Origin: Octopus vulgaris
Taxonomy: Eukaryota
Length of the DNA stretch: 64,000 bases
Assembly: GCA_951406725.2 (NCBI GenBank)
Contig: OX597823.1
Location: forward strand, 91,016,001 to 91,080,000
Direction: 5' to 3'
This document shows positions 26,115-39,293 of the stretch, piece after piece (within the stretch, counting starts at the first letter, position 1; each line of letters starts with the position of its first letter). The translations under genes and the position numbers were made by a program. Below the pieces are notes generated by a model. It did not search any database. It saw nothing but the letters and a program-made list of their open reading frames with translations, and was not told where the DNA came from.

Positions 26115-26497
26115 ACACCCTTATATATATATATAATAAAACAAACGAAGGAAAAAACAATTTCTTGAAACGGCTGTAAAACATCCCCTTCACTGGTGCA
26201 CAGAAAGAAAAAGGGTAGAAATACAAAATAGAAATATTAAGTGAAATAGAGAAATACAATGGACAAACTAACAATTTATTTACATTATAAGATAATTTAA
26301 TATACTATAAAAAATATAATATAATATAATGTTTTTGTATGTAGGTGCAGGAGTGGCTGTGTGGTCAGTAGTTTGCCTTACCAACCACATGGTTCCAGGT
26401 TCAGTCCCACTGCGTGGCATCATGGGCAAGTGTCTTCTACTATAGCCTCGGGCCGACGAAAGCAGTGTGAGATGGAAACTGAAAGAAGCCCATTGTA

Positions 26498-26546
<49 letters not shown>

Positions 26547-26814
26547 GTATATATATATATGTGTGTGTGTGGTTGTCCTCCCAACATCGCTTGACAACTG
26601 ATGCTGGTGTGTTTACATCCCCTGTAACTTAGCGGTTCAGCAAAAAGGGACCGACAGAATAAGTACTAGGCTAACAAAGAATAAGTTCTGGGGTCGATTT
26701 GTTCGGCTAAAGGTGGTGCTCCAGCATGGCCACAGTCAAATGACTGAAACAAGTAAAAAGTTTTTAAAAAATAAGTATAAGAAAACATAACAAATTTTTT
26801 AAAAACCCATATAA

Positions 26815-26896
26815 AGCCAACAATTTGTTTCGACTTATATGCATTAGTTGATTTCTAAAAAAATTCCTATTTATGTATACAAGCCTCTTCAGGGCC
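26815..26896 (-). ncRNA. Type-I hammerhead ribozyme with a canonical core and a long helix II
   Basis: Minus strand: GGCC | CTGAAGA | GGCTTGTATACAT...ATGCATATAAGTC | GAAA | CAAATTG TT^ | GGCT. Confidence 0.82.
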
Positions 26897-28756
26897 TAGG
26901 TTAAAAAAGACAGACAAAATTCCATGGAATTTTGTCTGTCTTGGTGCATATTGTAATGCTTGTTAATGCCGTGAGAGCACATGATACTGAGAAAGGCATG
27001 GCTATGTGGTTAGAAAGCTTCCTTTGCAGCCACTTGGTTTTGGGTTCAGTCCCACTCTTAGGAAACTTGTGCAACTGTCTTGCGGTATATTTTGCCAGGA
27101 ATTGGTCAGCCCTAGATCTCTGGGCTGAGCAATTCCTTGTGAGTAAATTTGGGTGCAGGCTATCATATATAAATGTGTGTATGGTTGTGTGTGTCCTTTT
27201 GTTTGTCCCCACCACTAACCAGTGCTGGTTTGTTTATGTCCCCATAATTTTGTAGAATTGGCTGCAAAAATTTGAAATAAAATGTTAGCTGACTATTATT
27301 AAAAGTAGACATGGTTGGGTGGTTGAGAAGCTTACTTCCAACCATGTGGTCTTGGGTTCAGTTCTGCTGCACAGCACCTTGGGCCAGTGTTTTCTACTAT
27401 AGCCCCAAATGGACACAAAACCTTGTGAGTGGATTTCATAGATGGCAACTGAAAGAAGCCCTTGATATATATATGTGCGTATATACGTTTGTGTGTCCCT
27501 ATGTCTAAATATGATATGATAGTTGTAAATGAGTATCACCATCATACAAGCGAGGTTGTTTGTTTCCAGTCTTCCATGAAAAATATGTCTGGCTACGGGT
27601 AAATATTACTTTGTTTAGAAATAGGTGAGAGCTGGCAGGATGAAGGACATCCTGCTGTCAAGAATTCACCTCAATAATTTCTGTCCAACCTATGTAAATA
27701 TGATAAGATAGACATTAAAATGAGCCCTCACACACGATTTTTACAAGGCAAACGTTCACTTCAAAGTTACATCTTGCCGTCATTAATGTAAAATTGTTTT
27801 TATATCTAACTTTGACAAAAATGTAAATGTTACTATATATATGTGTGTGTGTTGTGTGTGTGTGTGTGTGAGTGTGCATGCACATATGTATGAATATATA
27901 TATATGTAGGGAGAGTTTATGAAAAATACAAAAGACAAAGACAGGTGCTGTACAAAACAAATAGATGTATTAGTATAACGCTCAGGAATAGAAAGAGTCT
28001 TATATATATATATATATTTACATAGATATCTGTATGTGTATGTGTGTGTGTGTATTTATATATACACATACATGCATATATATATATATATCTATATATA
28101 TATGTACATAGATATGTGTGTGTGTGTGCATGCATATATATATATATATATATATTGATAGATAGATAGGTAGATAGATATAATTTCCAAATATCAAGAA
28201 TTACATTAATACATTCTCCAGTAATGGCTTTTCAATATAAAATTGGAATACAATTTATAACTGATTAAGGAAAAAAAAATAAATGAAAGCCTAATAACAA
28301 AACAAAAAGATGATACAAAAAAAACAAAATGCAAAGTAAAAAAAAAACAACAAACCAATAAACCAGAAACAGATAAAAATATAAACGAACAAAGAGATGG
28401 AACGCAGAATATCGAAGAATTAGTTTGAACTGTTAACAAAATTTATAATGTTCGAAGCCAGAATATTTTATTTGATTGCATTTTATTTTGTCAGAAATTA
28501 TAGAAATATAAGGATAAGTATAAGAAAAAAAAATAATGGAATTTTAATATATTAATACTGCAAAGATAAGTGTGATGAGGGTTGAGAAGTAAAAAAAATA
28601 TAGGTGAAGAGAATATTGGTGACATTAATCTTTGAGGAACTCCTAAGATATGATTTGATCTTTTTTATATATACACATATGTTTCTGTATCCATATAATT
28701 ATATGTATCTATGTTATATATATATACACACACACACACACGGTATTTTATATATA

Positions 28757-28790
<34 letters not shown>

Positions 28791-29794
28791 GGGAATAGGT
28801 TACATAAAAAATGTTTTTCCCATGTTGAAATGTAATGAAAATTATAAAAGGAAGGAAACTGCACAGATATTTTACATTGGACAAAAAAATATATATCTTT
28901 TTGAAATAAAATATTTACATAGTCGACCAGTTTCACTTGTGATAATCATGACTACGAAGATGGTGATAACGTTACAATTTCATGCTATCCGCAGAAGTTT
29001 TCAATCCATGTTAGTAGTAGATGCATAAAGTTATATACAGAATGGAAGAAACGCTCCTGTTTTGTAAGGAACCTACTTTGCAGCTTACCTTGTGCCTTCC
29101 ACAATGATAGTTGAGATGTTGTTGATGTGGATTTCTAAAATCAGCGAGATGATCATTAGCAATTGTAGTTGGGTACCACTAATTGGCAGTGAACAGAAGT
29201 GATAAGTGTGGCAGAATCACCATTCTGTATTGCATGAATAATTACAGGGCAGCTAAAGCAAAGAATATAGCATTGTATAATACAGCAACAAATCATCTGG
29301 TAGGTGGGCATTGGCTGGTGATCTCACTCAGCAATTATAATGAACATGCCATTGGTTTGCTTGCAAATTTTGCTTGAAAATCAATCATTTAGCATGTACT
29401 TGTTGGGCACTGCCTGAATGTATAGATGGTACTTTGATAAATATAGTTTTTTTACTAGATTTACATTTCCAAAAAAAAGGATGCATGTTCCACAATGCAT
29501 TATCTACCATGCCACAAAATATGGTGTGTGTGTGAGTGTGTGTTATCATCATTATCATCATCATTAAGTGGCCATTTTCCATGCTGGCATCGGTTAGATG
29601 GTTTGACTGGAACTGGTAAGTCAGAGAGCTGTACCAGGATCCAGTCTGTTTTGGCATGATTTCTATGGCTGGATGCCTTCCCTAATGGCAAATACTCCAA
29701 GAGTGTAATCAGTGCTTTTATGTGCCACTGGCATGAGTGCCATTTACACAGCACCAGCAACAACCATAATTATGATTTCATGGAACCTGCACAA

Positions 29795-30003
29795 AGTAGA
29801 TGTAGAGGTTTTAAATCAAAACTGGACCTCTTCTTGTCAAGAGTCCCAGATGAACCTACCTCACAGCAAGAGGTGCAAATGAGGGTAGCTCTATCAAACT
29901 CCATTCTTCACCAAGTGCCACATATTAGAGGAGGCTCTTAGTAATAACAGTGTAGCAAAGTGGCGGTGCATCAGCATGGCCGCAGCTCTGGGCTGAAACT
30001 AGA
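29795..30003 (+). pseudogene. 3' end of a CR1-group LINE (ORF2 C-terminus plus 3' UTR)
   Basis: FKSKLDLFLSRVPDEP..ALSNSILHQ, then a tail GGCGGTGCATCAGCATGGCCGCAGCTCTGGGCTGAAAC and an A-rich end. A tail-only copy lies at 37262-37300 (-). Confidence 0.75.
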
Positions 30004-30022
30004 GAGAAAAAAAAAAAAGACT

Positions 30023-30272
30023 TCTATAATTATAAGCATAATTATAATCAGGGGTCAGCTAATTGCTTTACTTTAATCCCGAATCGCATATGTAGCTAAT
30101 CTGAGTTGGTGTGGATTCTTTATTTTTTCTTTTGGCCTATGTAAAAAAAGTATGTTACTGTCTGGGAGATATTTATGGTAGCGGAAAAGGTACTTTTACT
30201 CCTATTTCTAAATTCGGTGCATGGCAAAGCAATTAGCTGACCTCTGATTATAATTATGTTTATAATTATAGA
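30023..30272. mobile_element. MITE with ~47-bp terminal inverted repeats
   Basis: TCTATAATTATAAGCATAATTATAATCAGGGGTCAGCTAATTGCTTT (30023-30069) is inverted at 30226-30272 with 2 mismatches. Confidence 0.8.
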
Positions 30273-30553
30273 GTATTTGTATAATTTTACCTAAAAAGGT
30301 TATTTTAACATACCGAACTACTTGGTAAAATTATTAATAATTAATTAATGAATTAATTAACTTTGCCTTTTTATTATTACTGAAATATATATATATATGT
30401 TTGTTTAACCACACAGGGCTGCACACAGATGGGATAGATTACAAAGGAGAGCTTTTCTTTTTGGGGAAAGAAAAAAAGTGGGATAGGTTTTTGATCAAAA
30501 GGTATCGTAAAAGGGAAAGAAAAAAGGAAAGAAAAAAAGAAAGGAAAAACGAT

Positions 30554-30627
<74 letters not shown>

Positions 30628-31719
30628 TTCTTTTTTTTCACAATTCCAGAAATTTGAAGAAAATCTCCTGTCTAAAGAAACCAGTTTAAGAGAAGCCTTA
30701 ACCATTGGTCAAGAAATAATTGCCCATTACGATCTTAATTCTCTGTACTCCTTTACAGTGAAAATTAGTATAAAAATTGCTTTTAAGAAAAACAAAATTT
30801 TTTTGATTTTTTTTTCATCCATTTGGCACAAACATTCATGCAACCCTTTGCTGTCATTTAAGGGTTAAGAGTACACATGACTGTGGAATACTCAGCCAGT
30901 TAAATGTTTATTCAATAAAACAGTTATTTCAGTTAATTGAACAAGTGAATCCTCACCAGCAAATGACTGAGATCCTTCTCTCCATTTTATTTCATTTCAC
31001 ATGGTTTCTAGACGTGACCAATTGATATCCTTAGCAGTTAAGAAATCTTCTTGGCAAACAGCTTACCATTCACATTCTCCTTTCTTCGCAGCAGATCTTT
31101 ACATTCAACATTCTATATTCCAAACTCCAAACCATTGCTCACAATTTTTCCTTTTTCTTAAGAATTTCAGATGGAATTTTTCTCCGATTCTTTAAGAATA
31201 TGTTCCAGGCTTTTTTTTTTGTTGCCATCATATTTTCGTATTTTTCATATTTTCACTTAACTTACTCTCTGTATTAGCCATAAAAAAATAAAAAAAACTG
31301 AAAAAAAAAAATTAAAAACACGCCAAAAAACTTCCGTGTTTATTCTGTTCTATAGCTTCTTCGCCCTCTATTCTTGAACTTTTCAATTGGTAAATTTCCT
31401 GAACTTTCCAAATAATCTTCTTCTTCTTCTTCTTCTTCTTCTTCTTCTTCTTCTTCTTCTTTCTTTCTTCTTTCTTTCTTTCTTTCTTTCTTTCTCTTGC
31501 CTCTATCTAGCCACATTCTAAAATGCTATCATTAATTTTCCTGTCGTTCTGTCTAGACTGATTTGTTTATCTGATTTTTTTAGAGGAGGGGGGGGGGATA
31601 TTATATTATAGCTTTTGTTTATTTTCTTGATAGAGCCAAATATGATACAAGACTAATCTGTTTGTGTGTGCCACAGCATTCCATTCGCAGCATTAATATA
31701 ATCCTCATTACTGCAGTCA

Positions 31720-31732
31720 ACATCATCATCAC

Positions 31733-31788
<56 letters not shown>

Positions 31789-31804
31789 ACATCACCATCG
31801 TCAC

Positions 31805-31869
<65 letters not shown>

Positions 31870-32445
31870 ATGACGTCATCATCGTCGTCATCATCATCAT
31901 CATCATCATCACCACCATCATCATCATTGGCATCGTCAACGTCCTTTTCATCATCACCATCACCATCACCATCACCATCATCATTATCATCGTTGTCATT
32001 GTCATCATCATCCTCCTCTTCATTATTGTTGTTGTCATTGCTGTCTTTATCATTTATCACACTGTTGTTGTCATCATGATCGTGTTCATCATCAGCATTG
32101 TTGTCATCACTGTTTTTAATCCCCTTCATTATAATGACCCCTCTTTACCATTATTTTCATTGTTGTCATCATTATCCTCCTACTCCTCCTCTTCCACATC
32201 CTTCTCATTATCATCACCATTGGCACTACCTCAACCGTCATCATCATCATTGTCATTGTCATAATCTCCCTCCTCTCCCCTTCCCTCCTCCTCCTTATCA
32301 CCATCGGCATCGTCGTCATCATCTTCATCATCATCATTGTCTTCATAATCATCATCATCGCCATCATCCTCATTGTCATCATATCATCACCCTCATCATA
32401 GTCTTCATCATTATCATTATCATCATCATCATCATCGCCATCATC
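31720..32445. repeat. Long degenerate (ATC)n microsatellite
   Basis: Directly visible. Similar tracts at 39954-40372, 59228-59604 and 63276-63668 give the poly-D/M/H/I/S ORFs. Confidence 0.95.
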
Positions 32446-32954
32446 CTTGAATACCTGCTGTAGAATGTAATATTCATACATATATATATTATATCAATGA
32501 AAATTGTTGAACCCTTCCCAAGTTTCAGGCTTTGCAATCTTTCGGCTGATATTCCCACGACTAACCTGTTTAGTGAAGACAATCATTTCCCCCTGGTTAG
32601 TTCTTTGGCAAGTTCATTTTGTGTATAAATTACTTAAAATTGGTGATTATTACTGTCTTACCTCTATCATAACATGGCTGTATTACTTAATGAATGCAGG
32701 CTACTCAGCATTTTCAATCGCCAAGGCATTAACAAATCCTATTTTATGGGTCAATGGATCTGGATTGTCAGATATTGGTATGGAAGGGACACTGACTCTT
32801 ATCATCCTCCCATCTGTTGGCAATGTCACAACCCTGCTCCCTTTTTCTATTTACATTCTATTTAAAAAATGGAAATTTTCTAGAAAAACCTTTTCTGGCC
32901 CCTTCATTGGGAAACAATCTCATCACTCATCTTATTCATTATTATGTTGATTAA

Positions 32955-33174
32955 CCCTTTTGCATTCAGATTACTCTATCAAATTTAATTCTTATTTATT
33001 CAAATTGGTTTGAATTAATCCTGCTTTATCTCGCAGCTTTGAGATTTCAACGATATTATTGGTTATTTTTGAATAATATGGTAGGGTAGGTGCAAAAGGC
33101 TGGCTCTGGTCAGCTTGAACATAAAACAGGTAGAATATTTCGACCAGATATGACCGGTTTAAATGCATAAAGAG
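32955..33174. mobile_element. piggyBac-type MITE (decayed)
   Basis: TTAA|CCCTTTTGCATTCAGA...TTTAAATGCATAAAGAG|TTTA. Confidence 0.6.
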
Positions 33175-34644
33175 TTTATGTGTTTTTTTGTTTTGTAGCT
33201 TATATGACACAGCCAAAACATTCCAAATATGGCATGGTATTATGTATTATTCCTCAGCTTATAATTTTTGTTTATATTTCTTTCTATTATATTCCAAATA
33301 TTTCATAGCAAATGATTACATTTCTTCAATAAATCTTGCATGTACTTAGCTCTGAATGTTCTGCTCTTTGCACTTAAATAGTTTTTAATGGTGATCATTC
33401 AATATTATATTTATGTAATTAATAATTTGTTTCTAAAATTTCCACTTAACAAATATGATTATAATTTACATTCATTTCATGTTTTCTGACATTGGTTTGC
33501 ATACTATTGATTATTTGTAATCTACTTGAGATTCTTTTGCAACAGCGTATGTATATAGATAAGAGATATTCTTAAGAAAAAAAAAACAAACTATTTCTGT
33601 ATTTTCACTCAGCGGAAAATGTCTTAGGGTATGTCTTTGTTTTCCTGGTTTCATTAGAATGTTTGTTTATTTGCTTTGCCTTAAACTTCGATTTCATTGA
33701 AACCCATTTATTTTAGGGCTTCCTTATAAAATGGTGTCAGTTAATCATGTATTGTATTATTGGGGGATATTACAGAGATTCTATTACTAATATCGTTGAA
33801 AATACAAACTCGTTAACACTTCAAATATGTTTGAGAGATACTTGAACCTTCAAAAGGCTTTCCAATAAAGTTTTTTTCATGGAGAAAGAATTTCTCACTT
33901 AAAACAAAAAAATATTAAACAGCTTAGATGCATTCAAACTCTTTAGTTCTCCTCAGCACCAGATACCAGAGAGAGGTATCTCTGACCTGACTACAAAGTG
34001 AAGCTTCCTTTACAAGAAATCAATTGAAATTGTTGACTGATAATGCATATTGACTGACAAGCTGGAAAAAATTCATGAGTAGAATCATGAAGCCGTGACT
34101 GAAAGTAAAGATACATAAGAGCAGCTGACCATATATTTTTCCGTTTATATGTGTGTCTTTGTGTCTGTGTTTTGTCCTTACCACCACTTGATGACTGGTG
34201 TTGGTTTGTTTATATCTTTCTAGCTTAGGAATTTGGCAAAAGAGACCTATTGCATAAGTACCAGACTTAAAAATAAAAAATAAAAATCTACTAGGGTTAA
34301 TCTGTTTGACTAAAACCCTTCAAGATGATGCCCCAGAATGGCCACAGTCAAGCTTGCTTCCCAACCACATGGTTCCAGGTTCAGTCTCGCTGCATGGCAC
34401 CTTGGGCAAGTGTCCCCTCTGTTGCCTTGGGCTGACCAAAGCCTTGTGAGTGGATTTGGGAGATGGAAACTGAAAAGAAGCCCATTGTAAAAATATATAT
34501 ATGTATACCTGCATATGTGTGTGTCTGTCTGTCTGTGTTTGTCACCACTCCCACTGTCTGACAACTGGTGTTGGTGTGTTTACATCCCTATAACCTAGCA
34601 GTTTGACAAAAGAGACCAAAAGAATAAGTACTAAGCATGTCATA

Positions 34645-35030
34645 GCCAATGCCAGTGGCATGTAAAAAGCACTATTAGAACGTGGCCAATACCAGGGCCG
34701 CCTGACTGGCTCCTGTGCTGGTGGCACATAAAAAGCACCATTTGAACATGGCCAATGCCAGTGCCGCCTGACTGGCACCCATGCCAGTGGCACATAAAAA
34801 GCACCATTCAAACATGGCTGATGCCAATGCCACCCTCCTGTGCTGGTGGTACATAAAAAGCACCCACTACACTCTTCGAGTGGTTGGTGTTAGGAAGGGC
34901 ATCCAGCTGTAGAAACCTTGCCAGATCAGATTGGAGCCAGGTGCAGCCTCCCAGCTTTCCAGACCTCAGTCAAACCATCTAACCCATGTCAGCATGGAAA
35001 GCAGACATTAAACTATAACGACGATGATGA
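34645..35030 (+). mobile_element. RTE-tailed SINE-like element (family C) with an internal ~65-bp tandem array and a (GAT)n end
   Basis: GGTTGGTGTTAGGAAGGGCATCCAGCTGTAGAAAC..CCCATGTCAGCATGGAAAGCAGACATTAAA. Other copies at about 24007-24110, 29550-29760, 39800-39955, 40370-40650, 41391-41610, 44213-44490, 49362-49780, 59600-59770 and 62175-62700. Confidence 0.8.
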
Positions 35031-35943
35031 TAATAAATGAAAAAATATTTACTTGGTTCAATCCATTCAACTAAAAATTCTTCAAGGCACTGCCCCAGCA
35101 TGGCCGCAGTCCAATGACTGAAACCAGTAAACGGTAAAAGACAAATAGTTATAACGGTCTTAGATATTGCAATGATGAATTTGAAAGTGGCAGAACAAAA
35201 AAGAAAACCATCTCAACCACCAAAAAGATCCAAACAACACTTGTAGAGCATTCAGGGTGACAGAGAATGTTAAGTTCTGTTTTGTAAATATGAAATATTA
35301 TATACAATAATGACCAACATAACAAGGTTCCTGTAATTTGATTCACTTGTTTACGACCAGAAATAATCCATGCATGAAATTATGAATGAAATAACTACCG
35401 AAATGATGAACTTCAAATTATATTAGAGGCTCTGAGCAACGATTTAATATATAAAACACAAGCAGTCACTTATAAGCACATATCTGTAAATTGTTAGTTG
35501 ACCGAGATTGCGAATACGCTACTGAGAACATATACAGACACACATCACACATGTATGTTTATGTATATATGTATGTATGTATATATGTATATATGCGTGT
35601 GTATGTGTATATGTGTGGACTAATGCATGTGTGTATGTATGTATGTATGTATGTATGTATGTATATATGTATATATGTATGTATGTATGTATGCATGTGT
35701 ATGTGTATATGTGTGGACTAATGCATGTGTGTATATATGTATGTATGCATATATGTATGTGTGCATGTTTGTGTATGTATATCTGGACTAGTGTATGTAT
35801 GTATCTGTCTATTTATCTATCTATGTCTGTCTATCTACCTACCTACCCACCTACCTACTTACCTACCTACCTACCTACCTACCTACCTACCTACCTACCT
35901 ACCTACCTACCTACCTACCTATCTAGCTATCTATCTATGTATA

Positions 35944-36007
<64 letters not shown>

Positions 36008-37158
36008 CTTATCTATCTCTATCTATCTATCAATCTGTCTATCTAACTGTCTGCCTGTCTATCTATCAATCGCTTTATGTATCTGCCTGTCTATTTTTTA
36101 TCTATCTATCTATCTATCTAGTTTTCTCTCTCTCCCTCTCCCCCTCCCCCATCTCCCCCCTCTCCATCTATCCAATACTTGGCATCATTTCTTCCAAGTT
36201 AATTTCAGGAAAAATCTCACCACAATAGATCTATTCTGTGCATATTTATAGATTCTCATGTACAATAAAAACAACACACATTCTACATTGATATATATTA
36301 AAATAAACATGAATTGAAAATTACACAAAAAAATTAATTAATATTTTGTAAACCGAATATACTAAACGACAGCAAAGGATGTATACGTACATTGGTGTGT
36401 GTGTGTGTGTGTGTGTGTGTCCTGGTGTGTTCTGCATGAATGAAAATGAAAGTGGAATGGACTGATTTAGTTTTCAGCCTCTTTTGTTCTGTTGATCTCT
36501 ATAGAAGAGTGACACTGCTTTTCGTAATTTCCTCCAACATTTGCATCAGCTTACATTATTATGAATATAGAAGAGATATGTGGTAAGAAGTTTGTTTCCT
36601 GACCACATGGTTCTGGGTTCAGTCCCACTGCATGGCACACTGGGCCAACCAAAGCCTTCGGAGTAGATTTGGTTGACAAAAACCGTCAATATGTGTGTGT
36701 GTGTGTGTTTGTCTCCACTACCATTTGACAAACAGTGTTTACATTCCTGTAATTTAGTGGTTCAACAAAAGAGACTGATACCAGGCTTTAAAAAAAAATC
36801 AATCCTGGGGTCAATTCATTTGACTACAAAAAAAAAAAAAATTCACTGAAGCAGTGCTCCAGCATGGCCACAGTCAAATGACTGAAACGTGTCCTCTCTG
36901 CTGAGGAGTTCACAACATATATGAAACAATGAAATCTCTGTAGCAAGTTTTCTTTAGATAATCATTGTCACATAGGCACAGGAGTGGCTGTGTGGTAAGT
37001 AGGTTGTTTACCAACCACATGGTCCTGAGTTCAGCCCCACTGTGTGGCACTTTGGACAAGTGTCCTCTACTATAGCCTTGGGCCAACCGAAGCCTTGTGA
37101 GTGGATTTGGTAGGCTGAAACTGAAAGAAACCCATCATATATACATATATATATATAC

Positions 37159-37257
<99 letters not shown>

Positions 37258-37415
37258 TCTAGTTTCAGCTCAGAGCTGCGGCCATGCTGATGCACCACCG
37301 TTATATATATATATATAGTTAATCCAAACAAGAAAGCACAAAAAAACACAACAACACGAGGACGTGGAACAAATATACTATTATTGGACATTCAGGAAAG
37401 AAGGAAAAAAGGAGG

Positions 37416-37450
37416 GTTTAACGTTTCGAGCAGAGCTCTTCGTCGGAAAC
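37416..37450 (-). ncRNA. Minimal hammerhead (CCGACGA core, U4C) in a ~210-bp pLTR-like element (about 37318-37529) flanked by (TA)n
   Basis: Minus strand: GTTT | CCGACGA | aGAGC tct GCTC | GAAA | CG TT^ | AAAC. Confidence 0.75.
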
Positions 37451-37550
37451 ATAGGAGAAGGAAAGATCCAGAGAAGGGAAGACACAGGATAAAAAATCGC
37501 CAACGGTACACACGCAGTCACATTTTGAATATATATATATATATATATAT

Positions 37551-37844
37551 ATAAATTAGAAAATAAATACCTTTTACCAATTCAAAATGAAAAATTAAAA
37601 TATACCATCTAGAAAATTACATATAATAGAAAGATTAGATATAAGATAAAAAATATAACGATAATTAAGTAATGTGCAAAATAATAAATAAAACATATAT
37701 ATTTGGTATTTATTTATTATTTTGCACATTACTTAATTATCGTTATATTTTTTATCTTATATCTAATCTTTCTATTATATGTAATTTTCTAGATGTTGTA
37801 ATTTAATTTTTCATTTAGAATTGATAAAAGGTGTTTTTTTTCTA

Positions 37845-37851
<7 letters not shown>
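37551..37851. repeat. ~300-bp AT-rich fold-back between (TA)n tracts
   Basis: 37551-37692 is an inverted copy of about 37710-37851; the inner ~85 bp are near-perfect. Confidence 0.9.
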
Positions 37852-37884
<33 letters not shown>

Positions 37885-37969
37885 TGTAAAATTTGAATTA
37901 GTATTTCTAAATTGCATTTTTTCCCTGTAAGTTTGGAATAATATTCCCTCATAATATTCCAGCTCGCCT

Positions 37970-38018
<49 letters not shown>

Positions 38019-38025
38019 ATATATG

Positions 38026-38059
<34 letters not shown>

Positions 38060-38065
38060 TATGTA

Positions 38066-38826
38066 TAGAAAAAAGTAAAGAGTGAAAAAACTACAGAAGG
38101 CTTAAATGTTAAAAAATATATATATATTTGTGTCAATATATCTGAAGAATATTAGAAAATTAAAAAAAAATTTTTTTTCTCTTATAATGACATAATTTAA
38201 AAGAAAGACCGGTTTCGCGTGTAGCTTTTCAAATTTCTTGCGACGTTATGTTTATGTTGAATAGAGTTTTCGTTATGTTTATGTTCAGGAGAGTTCTAAA
38301 TAAGGGAAGGTAGTGAGTGATTTCTTCCGGTGTAAGGGAGATAATCGCTTGAAAAATTTTTCCTTTCCCTTGGTGTGAATTTCTCTGTATCAGTATGTTC
38401 GGATGGTTGAGTCTGGGCTTGTACTTTTCAATGATGAATGTTTCCTTGTTTAGTCTAATTTGTGTTGATGATCAAGCCCAGACTCAACCATCCGAACATA
38501 CTGATACAGAGAAATTCACACCAAGGGAAAGGAAAATTTTTTAAGCGATTATCTCCCTTACACCGGAAGAAATCACTCACTACCTTCCTTTATTTAGAAC
38601 TCTCCTGAACATAAACATAATGAAAACTCTATTCAACATAAACATAACGTCGCAAGAAATTTGAAAAGCTACACGCGAAACCAGTCTTTCATTATAAGAG
38701 AAAAAAACTTTTTAAAAAATTTTTTTAAAAATTTTCTAATATTCTTCAGACATATTGATGCAAATATATATATATTTTTTAACATTTAAGCCTTCTGTAG
38801 TTTTTTCACTCTTTACTTTTTTCTAT
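38066..38826 (-). mobile_element. Third PLE: truncated 3' end plus inverted duplicate (~355-bp arms) in (TA)n
   Basis: Arms at 38066-38421 and 38473-38826. The minus strand encodes the GIY-YIG C-terminus QIRLNKETFIIEKYKPRLN. Each arm has an HHR. Confidence 0.88.
38201..38239 (-). ncRNA. Minimal hammerhead, U3-A8 variant with one extra U before the core (mirror copy at 38654-38690, +)
   Basis: Minus strand: AAGAAA t | TTGAAAA | GC tacac GC | GAAA | CCGG TC^ | TTTCTT. Confidence 0.7.
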
Positions 38827-38863
38827 ATATTCACCCACGTACTTTCACAAACCAACTTTCTTA

Positions 38864-39101
<238 letters not shown>

Positions 39102-39258
39102 AACCCATGCTAGCATGGAAAACGGACGCTAAATGATGATGATGATGATGATGATGATATTTATATATATAGCCTGGTGCAGCCATCTGGTTCGCCAGCT
39201 CTCAGTCAAAATCGTCTAGCTCATGCTAGCATGGAAAGCGGACGTTAAACGGTGATGA

Positions 39259-39293
<35 letters not shown>

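Noticed and set aside
32504-32950. 148-aa non-repetitive ORF
   Set aside because: It starts at a non-ATG codon, has no recognisable motif or splice context, and is compatible with chance or decayed TE sequence.
36898-36947. CTGAGGA...GAAA possible hammerhead
   Set aside because: Helix I and helix II cannot be paired convincingly.
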